Sequence record: DRR378314_1428
Direction: 5' to 3' (one strand)
Length of the DNA stretch: 37,151 bases
Numbering within the stretch: the stretch's first letter is position 1; the number at the start of each line of letters is the position of its first letter. The notes below the pieces were generated by a model. It had not been told where the DNA came from. It made no database searches and saw nothing but the letters and a program-made list of their open reading frames with translations. The translations under genes and the position numbers were made by a program. Below are positions 8,992 to 17,697 of this stretch, in pieces.

Positions 8992-10335
8992 ATGTCGTTG
9001 ACACAACTTAATGCCATTACGCCGATTGACGGTAGATATAGAAACAAAACCAAAGCCCTAAAAGACTATTTTTCGGAGGAGGCCCTCATCAAGTACCGTG
9101 TTCAAGTTGAGATTGAATACTTTATCGCACTTTGCGAAGTTCCCTTGCCACAATTGGCCGATTTCAACAAAGCATTGTTTCCCGAATTGCAGAAAATCTA
9201 TCAAGAGTTTTCTTCGGAAGATGCACAGGTAATTAAGGACATTGAAAAAACGACCAATCACGATGTAAAAGCAGTGGAATATTTCATCAAGCAAAAGTTT
9301 GATGCCTTGGAGCTTCAAAAATATAAGGAGTTCATCCATTTTGGATTGACTTCGCAAGATATCAACAACACCGCGATTCCGTTGTCCATCAAAGAAGCTA
9401 TGAACAATGTGTACGTTCCTTCTTATTTGGAGGTTTTTGAAAAATTGAAGGAACTGGCCAAGGAATGGAAGAACATCCCCATGTTGGCACGTACCCACGG
9501 TCAGCCTGCCTCCCCTACCCGATTAGGCAAGGAAATTGAGGTATTTGTGGAGCGCTTCAAAGAGCAGTTCAATTTATTGAACAATATCCCAAGTGCGGCC
9601 AAGTTCGGGGGGGCCACCGGAAATTACAACGCTCATAAAGTAGCCTATCCAAAAAATGATTGGAGAGCTTTCGGAAAGCAGTTTGTTCAGGAAAAATTAG
9701 GTTTACATCACTCCTTCCCCACTACGCAAATTGAGCATTACGACCACATGGCGGCTTTGTTCGATTGCCTTAAGCGCATCAATACCATTTTGATTGATTT
9801 GAACCGAGATATGTGGACCTACATTTCCATGGATTATTTTAAGCAAAAAATCAAAAAGGGAGAAGTGGGCTCTTCGGCCATGCCGCACAAAGTAAACCCT
9901 ATCGATTTTGAAAATTCAGAAGGAAACCTTGGTTTGGCCAATGCCATTTTTGAGCATTTGTCCGCCAAGTTGCCCATTTCCAGATTGCAACGCGACCTTA
10001 CGGACAGTACCGTTTTGCGAAATGTGGGAGTGCCCTTTGCACATACCCTAGTTGGATTCCAGTCCACCTTAAAAGGCTTGAACAAATTGGTCTTGAACCA
10101 ACCCAAGTTCGAGCAAGATTTAGAGGATAACTGGGCAGTTGTTGCGGAAGCTATCCAGACGATTTTGCGAAGGGAAGGCTATCCCAATCCTTATGAAGCT
10201 CTAAAGGGCTTGACCCGCACCAACGAGAAAATCAACCAAAAATCCATTGCGGATTTTATTGATAACCTTGAAGTTTCGGAAGCCATAAAAACAGAACTGA
10301 AACAAATCACCCCAGCGAATTATACTGGGGTTTAG
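8992..10335 (+). CDS. purB: Adenylosuccinate lyase
   Basis: TPIDGRY, TNHDVKAVEYF, ARTHGQPA and GSSAMPHKVNPIDFENSEGN. The ATG at 8992 is preferred over the TTG at 8986. Confidence 0.97.
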   Translation: MSLTQLNAITPIDGRYRNKTKALKDYFSEEALIKYRVQVEIEYFIALCEVPLPQLADFNKALFPELQKIYQEFSSEDAQVIKDIEKTTNHDVKAVEYFIKQKFDALELQKYKEFIHFGLTSQDINNTAIPLSIKEAMNNVYVPSYLEVFEKLKELAKEWKNIPMLARTHGQPASPTRLGKEIEVFVERFKEQFNLLNNIPSAAKFGGATGNYNAHKVAYPKNDWRAFGKQFVQEKLGLHHSFPTTQIEHYDHMAALFDCLKRINTILIDLNRDMWTYISMDYFKQKIKKGEVGSSAMPHKVNPIDFENSEGNLGLANAIFEHLSAKLPISRLQRDLTDSTVLRNVGVPFAHTLVGFQSTLKGLNKLVLNQPKFEQDLEDNWAVVAEAIQTILRREGYPNPYEALKGLTRTNEKINQKSIADFIDNLEVSEAIKTELKQITPANYTGV

Positions 10336-10342
10336 GCTCTTT

Positions 10343-10429
10343 GTCATTCCTGCGAAAGCAGGAATCTTTATGATTGATTTCTTGAAACAATCCCATTGGA
10401 ATGGAACCCTGTAACAAGTTCAGGGTGAC
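10343..10429. repeat. Inverted doublet of GTCA-tagged REP-like palindromes
   Basis: GTCATTCCTGCGAAAGCAGGAATCT (10343-10367), and on the reverse strand GTCACCCTGAACTTGTTACAGGGTTC (10404-10429). Confidence 0.75.
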
Positions 10430-10457
10430 CACGCGGAATCACATTACATATTTAATT

Positions 10458-10533
10458 GTCATTTCGAACCGACCAAAGAGAGCGTGAGAAAGCTGAATGG
10501 ATTTCTCAATCGCTGCAATCCTTCGAAATGATG
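10458..10533. repeat. Second REP-like inverted doublet (GTCATTTCGAA...TTCGAAATGA)
   Basis: Terminal TCATTTCGAA/TTCGAAATGA inverted repeat with inner GAGAAA/TTTCTC. Confidence 0.65.
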
Positions 10534-10540
10534 ATGGTTC

Positions 10541-11356
10541 TTAAGCCTCTTTATGGATTTCCACGGAATGCGGGTATGGAATTTCGATGCCAGCTTCGTC
10601 CAAGGCTATTTTACAATTCTCGTATGTTGCAAAGTACACATCCCAATAATCCTCGGGCTTACAAAAAGGCCTTACGGCAAAATTCACGGAACTGTCCGCC
10701 AACTCCAATACATTTACCGATGGTGTAGGGTCTTTTAGCACCTTTTCATTCGAGGTCAGTACCTTGAGCAATACTTCTTTGGTTTTTTTAATATCTTCAT
10801 CGTAGCCGACCCCGATTACGGTATCTACCCGAACTTTCCCTTCGGCGGTATAGTTGACGATGTTTCCGTTGGCCATGGCGCCGTTGGGAACAATGGCCAG
10901 TCTGTTTTGTGGAGTTACCAATTTGGTGGTAAATATTTCAATACTTTTTACCTTGCCCAAAACCCCTTGTGCTTCGATTAAGTCATCAATTTTATAGGGC
11001 TTAAAAATCATGATCAACACACCTCCTGCAAAATTGGAGAGCGAACCTTGCAAGGCCAACCCAACGGCAAGACCTGCTGCGGCGATTACAGCAGCAAAGG
11101 TGGTAACATCGACCCCTAAACGGGAAATAACGATAATGATAAGGAATATTTTAAGCGCCCAAGAGAACAGGTTCAGCAAGAATTTTTGCAGCGATTGGTC
11201 GTAGTTGCTTTTGGACATTACCCTTCGGGTGCCCCCAATAATTTTCTTGACCACCCACATACCCACAATATAAATGAGGAGCGCTGCGATCAACTTAGGA
11301 CCAAACTCTTTGGCGAGTTCAATACCATAGTCAAACCATTCTTGTGCCTTTTCCAT
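10541..11356 (-). CDS. mscS: Small-conductance mechanosensitive channel
   Basis: Three TM segments, AAAGLAVGLALQGSLSNFAGG, KPYKIDD and ADSSVNF...IEIPYP. Confidence 0.92.
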   Translation of the reverse strand: MEKAQEWFDYGIELAKEFGPKLIAALLIYIVGMWVVKKIIGGTRRVMSKSNYDQSLQKFLLNLFSWALKIFLIIIVISRLGVDVTTFAAVIAAAGLAVGLALQGSLSNFAGGVLIMIFKPYKIDDLIEAQGVLGKVKSIEIFTTKLVTPQNRLAIVPNGAMANGNIVNYTAEGKVRVDTVIGVGYDEDIKKTKEVLLKVLTSNEKVLKDPTPSVNVLELADSSVNFAVRPFCKPEDYWDVYFATYENCKIALDEAGIEIPYPHSVEIHKEA

Positions 11357-11430
11357 GAGGTTTTAATTTAGTTAGTGTTCTTACAATGAGACACTAAGAT
11401 ACTAAACTAGGTCACTTTTTATATTTTTCT

Positions 11431-11460
11431 AAAAAGAAAAAGGACGACAAATGTCGCCCT
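11431..11460 (-). terminator. Intrinsic terminator after the DUF4252 operon
   Basis: Minus strand reads AGGGCGAC-ATTT-GTCGTCCT followed by TTTTCTTTTT. Confidence 0.75.
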
Positions 11461-11485
11461 CCTTCCAAATTTATGATGATTGGTC

Positions 11486-12025
11486 TTAGCCTTTTAGAAA
11501 ATCTCCAATTTCTCCAAGTCCTTCTCCTTTGTAATCGGATTTTTGAATGGCTTGCATTAATTGGACAATGTGTGCAGGGTTCATATTCTTGCCCAGTACG
11601 CGAACCAAAGCAAACCCTTTGTCTTTACTATCTCCATAAATAATGACTTCATCTATGGCATCTTCGTCTCCCAAATACTTTATGACACCTTTGCCATATT
11701 TGGAGTTGATCTTCATAAGCTCCACAAATTCATCTCCTTTTAGGATCTCACTCACCTTTTTCTTTTCGATCTCGTACTCTGCTTCATTGTCCGCATCTTT
11801 TTTAAAGGCCAACAAATTGAATTTTCGAAGCGATTCGATGGCTTCTTTTTGAGTTGGGGTCAAATCCACCTCATCCATTTTAAGAATACTGGCAGGGACA
11901 TCGATGGATAAAAAATTTGGGTTTTCCGAATTGTCCACATAATACTCTTGAAGACTGGGCTGCGAAGCACACGAAGCCAAGAGCAAAGCTCCCGCCACCA
12001 TTATGGATTTAATTAAATGTTTCAT
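11486..12025 (-). CDS. DUF4252-domain lipoprotein
   Basis: Lipobox LASC; SLQEYYVD, FLSIDVPASIL, FVELMKI and ALVRVLG. Confidence 0.8.
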   Translation of the reverse strand: MKHLIKSIMVAGALLLASCASQPSLQEYYVDNSENPNFLSIDVPASILKMDEVDLTPTQKEAIESLRKFNLLAFKKDADNEAEYEIEKKKVSEILKGDEFVELMKINSKYGKGVIKYLGDEDAIDEVIIYGDSKDKGFALVRVLGKNMNPAHIVQLMQAIQKSDYKGEGLGEIGDFLKG

Positions 12026-12076
12026 CTTTTTTGTTTTTTTGATTGATATTGTAAACTAAAATCAGTTGACAATAAT

Positions 12077-12104
12077 GAGTTGGTTTTTATTGCGTTTTGT
12101 TACA
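12077..12104 (-). promoter_or_regulatory. Putative internal ECF-sigma promoter TGTAAC-N16-CAACTC
   Basis: Shares the exact 10-mer TGTAACAAAA with the element upstream of the ECF sigma gene. Confidence 0.45.
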
Positions 12105-12138
12105 ATTCCCAACAAATTATTGCCAACCGAACTTCAAA

Positions 12139-12678
12139 TTATTTGTTCTTTTCCGCCTCGTTCAATTCTTCGGGCAGGTTCATCTTTTTGGTCAACGAGC
12201 TGATGTTGTTCAGATCAATATCACCGGTCAGCGATAAAATCACTGTTTCAAATCGCTGTCCATTGGCTTCCACATTCTTCATACCTGTAACGAACATGAG
12301 CAATTCGCTTACATGATCGGCATCCTTACCTTCTTTTATGTAGAACTTCACATTGGCATCTTTGTCCTTGATTCGCATCAACTCTTCCATTTTGGAAGAA
12401 TTGAGGTAGCTATCCACAGAAGATTTCATATCATCGCCTATTTTTTTGTTTTCAGTGGTAAACACCTTCAAGCTTTTTAGGCTATTCACAATATTTATGA
12501 ATTCTTTGGCTTCTGGATCATCTGTTTCGATGTCCATTTTGGCCAATAGGTTGAACATGCTCTTGTTCACGATTACAGTGGTTACATCGTCCAAATCTTC
12601 GAACTTGTCAAAAACTGATTGTGAGAATCCTGCCAAAGGCAATAATGCCATTACTGTGATTACAATATACTTTTTCAT
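12139..12678 (-). CDS. DUF4252-domain secreted protein
   Basis: The start at ATG 12678 gives signal peptide MKKYIVITVMALLPLAGFSQ. Motifs FDKFED..DVTTVIVNKSMF, MEELMRIKDKDANVKFY and SLTGDIDL. Confidence 0.82.
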   Translation of the reverse strand: MKKYIVITVMALLPLAGFSQSVFDKFEDLDDVTTVIVNKSMFNLLAKMDIETDDPEAKEFINIVNSLKSLKVFTTENKKIGDDMKSSVDSYLNSSKMEELMRIKDKDANVKFYIKEGKDADHVSELLMFVTGMKNVEANGQRFETVILSLTGDIDLNNISSLTKKMNLPEELNEAEKNK

Positions 12679-12691
12679 TTTGTTACGTTTT

Positions 12692-13126
12692 TTAATTGTT
12701 GTTGTAAATTTTTTGTTTTGCTTCTTCAAATTCGTTGAGGTAAGCTACTTTTTCTGTTCCGCGGCTAAAATTTTCCGCTAAGAGTTCAAAAGCTTTTTTG
12801 GTTTCCTCGTAGGCGTACTCCGCCTTTTCTTGCTCTAAACGCTTTGTTTCTTGGTACTGATTACCAAAATAAATACCAAAGGCAAGAACTACTGCCGCTG
12901 CAACGGATAGCCACTTGTAATAGTTTACTCTAGGTTTTAATGGCACCTGCTTGGTGTACTTTTCTTCCTTGGCCATGGAAAAGTAGTTGAACATGGGCTT
13001 GTATTGCTCCAAGTGGGGTGCGACCTCCTCCTGCGAAAAATACTCCCTAAGTGTTCTTTCTTCGCTCACTGTTGCAGTGGCCTCGAAATACTTCTCCAAT
13101 ATTTTTTCTATGTTACCCAATTCCAT
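12692..13126 (-). CDS. Putative anti-sigma factor (cytoplasmic N-domain, one TM helix, short C-terminal helical domain)
   Basis: IEKILEKYFEATATVSEE..L..YF and the TM segment WLSVAAAVVLAFGIYF. It overlaps the 3' end of the sigma gene. Confidence 0.7.
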   Translation of the reverse strand: MELGNIEKILEKYFEATATVSEERTLREYFSQEEVAPHLEQYKPMFNYFSMAKEEKYTKQVPLKPRVNYYKWLSVAAAVVLAFGIYFGNQYQETKRLEQEKAEYAYEETKKAFELLAENFSRGTEKVAYLNEFEEAKQKIYNNN

Positions 13127-13622
13127 AGTTATGTTTTTTTATTAGTTCTTCCCTTACTGTTTTTCTTGCCCTCGACAATGCTACGCGCACTGCGGTCGGT
13201 TTCATGTCCATGAGCTCGCATATCTCGTCGAACTCGTATTGCTCTACATCGCGTAGCTGCAATATCATTTTTTGTTGTTCTGGCAGGTCTTCCATGATCC
13301 GCTCCATCCAACTTATGCTGTCCTCAGCCTCCAACTGCTTTTGTAAGGAGGTGTTTTCGTCGCTGTAGTTACTGTGGACCAATTTCAGATTTCCTGCTTG
13401 TTTGGATTTTAACCGATCCAAACAAAAGTTTTTGGTCATAGTCATGGCAAAAGCTTCTACATTTTTGTATTTCTCCATAGACTCACTTTTTGACCATAGC
13501 TTCAACAAAATTTCTTGAGTGGCATCTTCAGCTTCTTCCCGGGAAACCAACAAGCGCTTTGCGAGCCTGTAAAGTTTGTCCTGAAAAGGCAAAACCACAT
13601 TTAAGAATTCTGTTTGTTTCAT
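13113..13622 (-). CDS. ECF RNA polymerase sigma-70 factor
   Basis: Region 2 EAEDATQEILLKLW and region 4 LPEQQKMILQLRDVEQYEFDEI...VRVALSRARK; 169 aa. Confidence 0.93.
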   Translation of the reverse strand: MKQTEFLNVVLPFQDKLYRLAKRLLVSREEAEDATQEILLKLWSKSESMEKYKNVEAFAMTMTKNFCLDRLKSKQAGNLKLVHSNYSDENTSLQKQLEAEDSISWMERIMEDLPEQQKMILQLRDVEQYEFDEICELMDMKPTAVRVALSRARKTVREELIKKHNYGIG

Positions 13623-13672
13623 TTGGTTGTCTTAGTTGTTTTTGTGTCTTTATTATCGACCTACACTATCAC

Positions 13673-13698
13673 GACGATACATATCGAATTTTGTTACA
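13673..13698 (-). promoter_or_regulatory. Putative autoregulatory ECF promoter TGTAAC-N16-CGTC
   Basis: Minus strand reads TGTAAC AAAATTCGATATGTAT CGTC, ending 50 nt upstream of the sigma ATG. It fits the generic ECF AAC...CGT architecture. Confidence 0.65.
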
Positions 13699-13835
13699 AA
13701 AAATTTGTTATCTCCTGATATAAACCTATTTTGCAAGGAAAATTTACACGGTCGTCCCTGTAATTTTACTCATTTCAACCTACACCTCTAATACATTTGG
13801 AATAAAATTTGAGTAATTTCATTAAAAATTAAGCT

Positions 13836-15335
13836 ATGAAAAAGTATTTCTTCCTCTTTATAGGATTGTTTTTGTTGGTATCCTGTAGTAGTGATGACAA
13901 TATAATTGACCCTGGTTCCACTCCTCAGCCCGAACCAAATCCTGATAATGTAGATGTTGATGCACAACATTTCATGTGGCAAGCTATGAACCTCTGGTAT
14001 TTTTGGCAAGGAGATGTTCCTGATCTGGCCGATGATAGGTTTTCTTCCAATGCGGAATACACTTCCTTTTTAGCGGCTAACACGGATGCAGAAAATTTTT
14101 ATTACAGTATTTGCAATAGGCATGAGGAAATTTATGGCTCAGAAACCGCTATAGACCGTTTTAGCTTCGCCAACGAAGATTATAGTGAATTGGTAAGCAG
14201 CCTTTCCGGTATATCTCAAAGTAATGGACTAGAATTTGGCTTGGGGCTTATTGGTGAATCCGGTGATGTTTTTGGTTATGTGCAATATGTTTGGCCAGAT
14301 TCGGATGCTTCCACAAAAGATATTCAAAGAGGTGAATTTTTTACTCGGGTCGATGGTGTGCAATTGACAACACAAAACTATATTAATCTTCTTTTTGGTG
14401 AAAACAGCACTTATACACTTGGAATGGCCACTGTGGCCAACAATACCATTTCCGACAATGATAAAGAAGTCGAACTTACCAAAATCGAAAACCAGGTAGA
14501 AGACCCAATTTTGATTGCGGAAACTTTGGATGTAAATGGTACCAAAGTAGCTTATTTGATGTACAATCGCTTTTTAAGCAGCTTTAATGAAGGTTTGAAC
14601 GCTGCTTTTGCACAATTTGTAGCCAATGGCGCTACAGAACTGGTTTTGGATATGCGCTATAACCCAGGTGGCTCTGTAAACACTTCACGCCTTTTGGCAA
14701 GCATGGTCTACGGGACCAATACCAGCGACGTTTACATTAAACAACGTTGGAATGATAAAATCCAAGCAGAGTTTTCAGAAGAGTTCTTGACTGATTATTT
14801 TGCCAGCTCCACAGGTTCAAGTGCAATTAACTCGCTAAACCTGAGCAGGGTATTTGTTATCGCTACGGGCGATTCTGCTTCGGCGAGTGAATTGGTAATG
14901 AACGGACTCGAACCTTATATGGATGTCATACATATTGGTGAGACTACGCGAGGAAAAAACGAATTTTCCATCACGCTGGTTGACGACATTGATAACTCTT
15001 TCATTTATAATAGCGACCGTGAAGGCAATATTAATGCTCAGAACAGCTGGGGATTGCAGCCGTTAGTTGGAAGAAATGAGAATGCTGATGGATTCTATGA
15101 TTACACAAATGGATTAACTCCCGATATTTCCCTCAGCGAAGATTTGACCAACCTTGGGATTTTGGGAGACGTGAACGAGCCACTATTGGCCCGCGCGCTA
15201 CAAGAAATTTCCGGTGGTTCTGCGAAAATCGACTTTACTGTGGAAATGCCTGCCGAACATTTTACCAGTTCAAGACTTCATACACCTGTTAAGGACAATA
15301 TGTATTTGGAAAACCCTTTACAGTTGAACAAGTAA
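13836..15335 (+). CDS. S41 family (tail-specific/Ctp-like) peptidase lipoprotein with PDZ-like domain
   Basis: Lipobox LVSC; MNLWYFW, LVLDMRYNPGG, SASASE (catalytic Ser) and GETTRGK. Confidence 0.9.
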   Translation: MKKYFFLFIGLFLLVSCSSDDNIIDPGSTPQPEPNPDNVDVDAQHFMWQAMNLWYFWQGDVPDLADDRFSSNAEYTSFLAANTDAENFYYSICNRHEEIYGSETAIDRFSFANEDYSELVSSLSGISQSNGLEFGLGLIGESGDVFGYVQYVWPDSDASTKDIQRGEFFTRVDGVQLTTQNYINLLFGENSTYTLGMATVANNTISDNDKEVELTKIENQVEDPILIAETLDVNGTKVAYLMYNRFLSSFNEGLNAAFAQFVANGATELVLDMRYNPGGSVNTSRLLASMVYGTNTSDVYIKQRWNDKIQAEFSEEFLTDYFASSTGSSAINSLNLSRVFVIATGDSASASELVMNGLEPYMDVIHIGETTRGKNEFSITLVDDIDNSFIYNSDREGNINAQNSWGLQPLVGRNENADGFYDYTNGLTPDISLSEDLTNLGILGDVNEPLLARALQEISGGSAKIDFTVEMPAEHFTSSRLHTPVKDNMYLENPLQLNK

Positions 15336-15341
15336 TAAAAG

Positions 15342-15469
15342 AGGCTGTCTAAAAGTCTACAAAATCGTCATTCCGAACTTGTTTTGGAATCTCATTATAA
15401 TATTCGACAATCATAATGAGAACCTGAAACCAGTTCAGGTTGACATAAAGTTCACTCTTTAGACAGCCT
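15342..15469. mobile_element. 128-bp MITE-like element with 12-bp terminal inverted repeats, enclosing a REP-like doublet
   Basis: AGGCTGTCTAAA (15342-15353) and TTTAGACAGCCT (15458-15469). Inside are CGTCATTCCGAACTTGTTTTGGAATCT and the reverse-strand GTCAACCTGAACTGGTTTCAGGTTCT. Confidence 0.6.
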
Positions 15470-15479
15470 TTTTATATTT

Positions 15480-17342
15480 TTAAAGGTTAAGGTTGAGGCC
15501 GACCCTAAAGTTCCTCCCTCGCGTCGTAAAGCCGAGTAGTTCCCTATAATCCTCGTTCAACAAGTTGTCTGCGTTGAAGAACACATTGAGTTTGTTCTTG
15601 ATCAGTTCATGTCTGATGGAAAAGTTCAGCAAGGAAAACGGTTCCAAAGCGATATCCGAGAATGTTACAAAGTCCGTGTCAAAACGTTCCCCTGTGTAAG
15701 CATAATCCAACGATGCATTCGTGCTTTTACCAACCTGATACCACAAGGATACATTTGCCTTGTGCTTTGGAATACGGATGGCATTGTCTCCTTTCCGTTC
15801 CGTGAACGTATAATTGGCATTAACACTAAACTTGCTCCAAGGCAACCACGTAGCTTCCACCTCTACCCCATTGGCATCAATTTCATCCGCAATGTTGATA
15901 CTCATAAAATTGACATCGTAACCAATGGCATTGGTCTCATTTCTATCAAAATAAACCGTGCTAATTCTAAACTTGTTGCTCAATTTAAGTTCTATACCAC
16001 CTTCAATGGTCGCATTTTCTTCCGGTTCCAAATCAGGGTTTCCGCCAAAAGCACCGAACAATTGCGTTAAATTTGGTGTAATGTACGATGTAGCATAAGA
16101 ACCCATCAACTTCACATAACCGTTTTCTGTATCAAACACATACGATGGATTCACATTGTACACAAAATGGCTTCCATATTCAGAGTGATTGTTTAGTCTC
16201 GCACCCGCATTCAGGTTCAAACCAAAGTCAGAAACATACACCACATTGGCATAAGGATCCACAATGGTAAAATCAACCTTCTCTGAAAAAACGGCTTCAT
16301 CCTTAATGTAGTTAACACCTAAAACAGTATGCCATTGCTCACCAAAAACATATTTGTTGTACACATCCAACACCCAGTTACTTCCTTCGGTCATGCTTTC
16401 ACCAAAAGTATCATTGGCCAAGGATTCATAATCTGTAAATGCCATATTTAGGTGTATCGAACCTTTGCCATAGCTAAATTCAGAAGCTAAACCAACCCGT
16501 TGTTGTTCATTCTCACCCAAATTAGGGGCTTCTGCCAAAGTGGCATCGTATTCATTTTTAAACTTGGTCTGGTTCCCGTAAACTTGAACCCCAAAGCTTT
16601 CTGTAAACTGATAGCCCAACTTCACATTGGCACTGTAGTGCGAGAAAACATCCTCTTCGTTTTCTGGCGTAACGGCAGCAGACAATCCACTCTTATATCG
16701 ATTTGAAAAATCCACACCATAGGTGAACTTACCCAAAGTACCATTTACAAATGCTGAATTCTGAACACTTCCAAGATTGTAATTTTGGTCATCCGCAGTT
16801 TGATTGGTACCCACGCTGGTTTCAAAATTTCCTGTAATCTTCTTTTTTGAAGCCCTTTTCGTAGTGATGTTGATTACGGCCGTAACCGCATTGGTACCAT
16901 AAAGTGTACTGGCAGCCCCTTTGATAATCTCAATAGACTCAATCGTAGCGGGTGATAACAACCGAAGATCATACTCCGCCGAAAATGTGGATGGATCCGA
17001 CACACGAACACCATCAATAATGATCAAGACCTGACGCCCACGACCACCTCGGGCATACACCCCAAGCACATCGCCGTCACGGCCGCGACTACCGGCAATC
17101 TCGATACCACTTTTGGTGTTGATGATTTCCGCAACCGTCCTGCCTTGATTGCGTTGCATTTCCTCAGCAGTGATTTTAATCACCGTTTTTCCTGAATTTT
17201 CTCTTTTCAATTCAAATTTTGAATCGCTTACAACAACCTCGTCCAGTTGCTGCACTTTAAGTGAATCTTGCTGTACATTTTGCGCAAAAATCCCCTTACC
17301 CGCCAATAGAGCGGTAATTAACCATAAATGATTTTTTTTCAT
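15480..17342 (-). CDS. btuB: TonB-dependent receptor, probable vitamin B12 importer
   Basis: Signal peptide, LDEVVVS, plug motif VLIIIDGVRV...IESIEIIKGAASTLYG, and C-terminal beta strand GRNFRVGLNLNL. It lies directly downstream of a cobalamin riboswitch. Confidence 0.88.
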   Translation of the reverse strand: MKKNHLWLITALLAGKGIFAQNVQQDSLKVQQLDEVVVSDSKFELKRENSGKTVIKITAEEMQRNQGRTVAEIINTKSGIEIAGSRGRDGDVLGVYARGGRGRQVLIIIDGVRVSDPSTFSAEYDLRLLSPATIESIEIIKGAASTLYGTNAVTAVINITTKRASKKKITGNFETSVGTNQTADDQNYNLGSVQNSAFVNGTLGKFTYGVDFSNRYKSGLSAAVTPENEEDVFSHYSANVKLGYQFTESFGVQVYGNQTKFKNEYDATLAEAPNLGENEQQRVGLASEFSYGKGSIHLNMAFTDYESLANDTFGESMTEGSNWVLDVYNKYVFGEQWHTVLGVNYIKDEAVFSEKVDFTIVDPYANVVYVSDFGLNLNAGARLNNHSEYGSHFVYNVNPSYVFDTENGYVKLMGSYATSYITPNLTQLFGAFGGNPDLEPEENATIEGGIELKLSNKFRISTVYFDRNETNAIGYDVNFMSINIADEIDANGVEVEATWLPWSKFSVNANYTFTERKGDNAIRIPKHKANVSLWYQVGKSTNASLDYAYTGERFDTDFVTFSDIALEPFSLLNFSIRHELIKNKLNVFFNADNLLNEDYRELLGFTTRGRNFRVGLNLNL

Positions 17343-17424
17343 TTCGTTTAATTGAATAAACGGGAGAATAGTATGTGATGCATACGTAAACTTTTATCCC
17401 GAAAGTTTAACATTGATTGTTTGA

Positions 17425-17632
17425 ATCTGGCAGGTCTCCTGGCTTGTGTTTTGTCTCCTACCTTCCCACCCATTGGGCAGTGGCTTTGAAGAATAGACAA
17501 TCGCCTACTACGTACTGACGCTCAAAAAACATCAGTGCCGATTCGGCACATACTTACAGTTGCGGGAACAGCTCCGGTTTTGCACCGGATTCCCTTTTAA
17601 TCCCACGGAAACTCCGTGCGAACCAAAATTCG
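17425..17632 (-). ncRNA. Cobalamin riboswitch
   Basis: Minus strand reads TTGGTTC...TTAAAAGGGAATCCGGTGCAAAACCGGAGCTGTTCCCGCAACTGTAA...GCCACTG...GGGAAGG...AAGCCAGGAGACCTGCCA (B12 box). Confidence 0.95.
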
Positions 17633-17636
17633 AAAC

Positions 17637-17644
17637 CAAAGCTA
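17637..17644 (-). promoter_or_regulatory. -7 promoter element for riboswitch-btuB
   Basis: TAGCTTTG on the minus strand immediately 5' of the riboswitch. Confidence 0.7.
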
Positions 17645-17685
17645 ATCAATCTGTTTAATCTTTTTTCGCAAAACTTAAATAATCT

Positions 17686-17693
17686 TACTTTTG
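17686..17693 (+). promoter_or_regulatory. -7 promoter element for the ABC operon
   Basis: TACTTTTG, 4 nt before the ATG at 17698. Confidence 0.6.
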
Positions 17694-17697
17694 ACCT

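Noticed and set aside
10456..10728. 90-aa ORF
   Set aside because: It begins inside a REP-like doublet and runs antisense to mscS.
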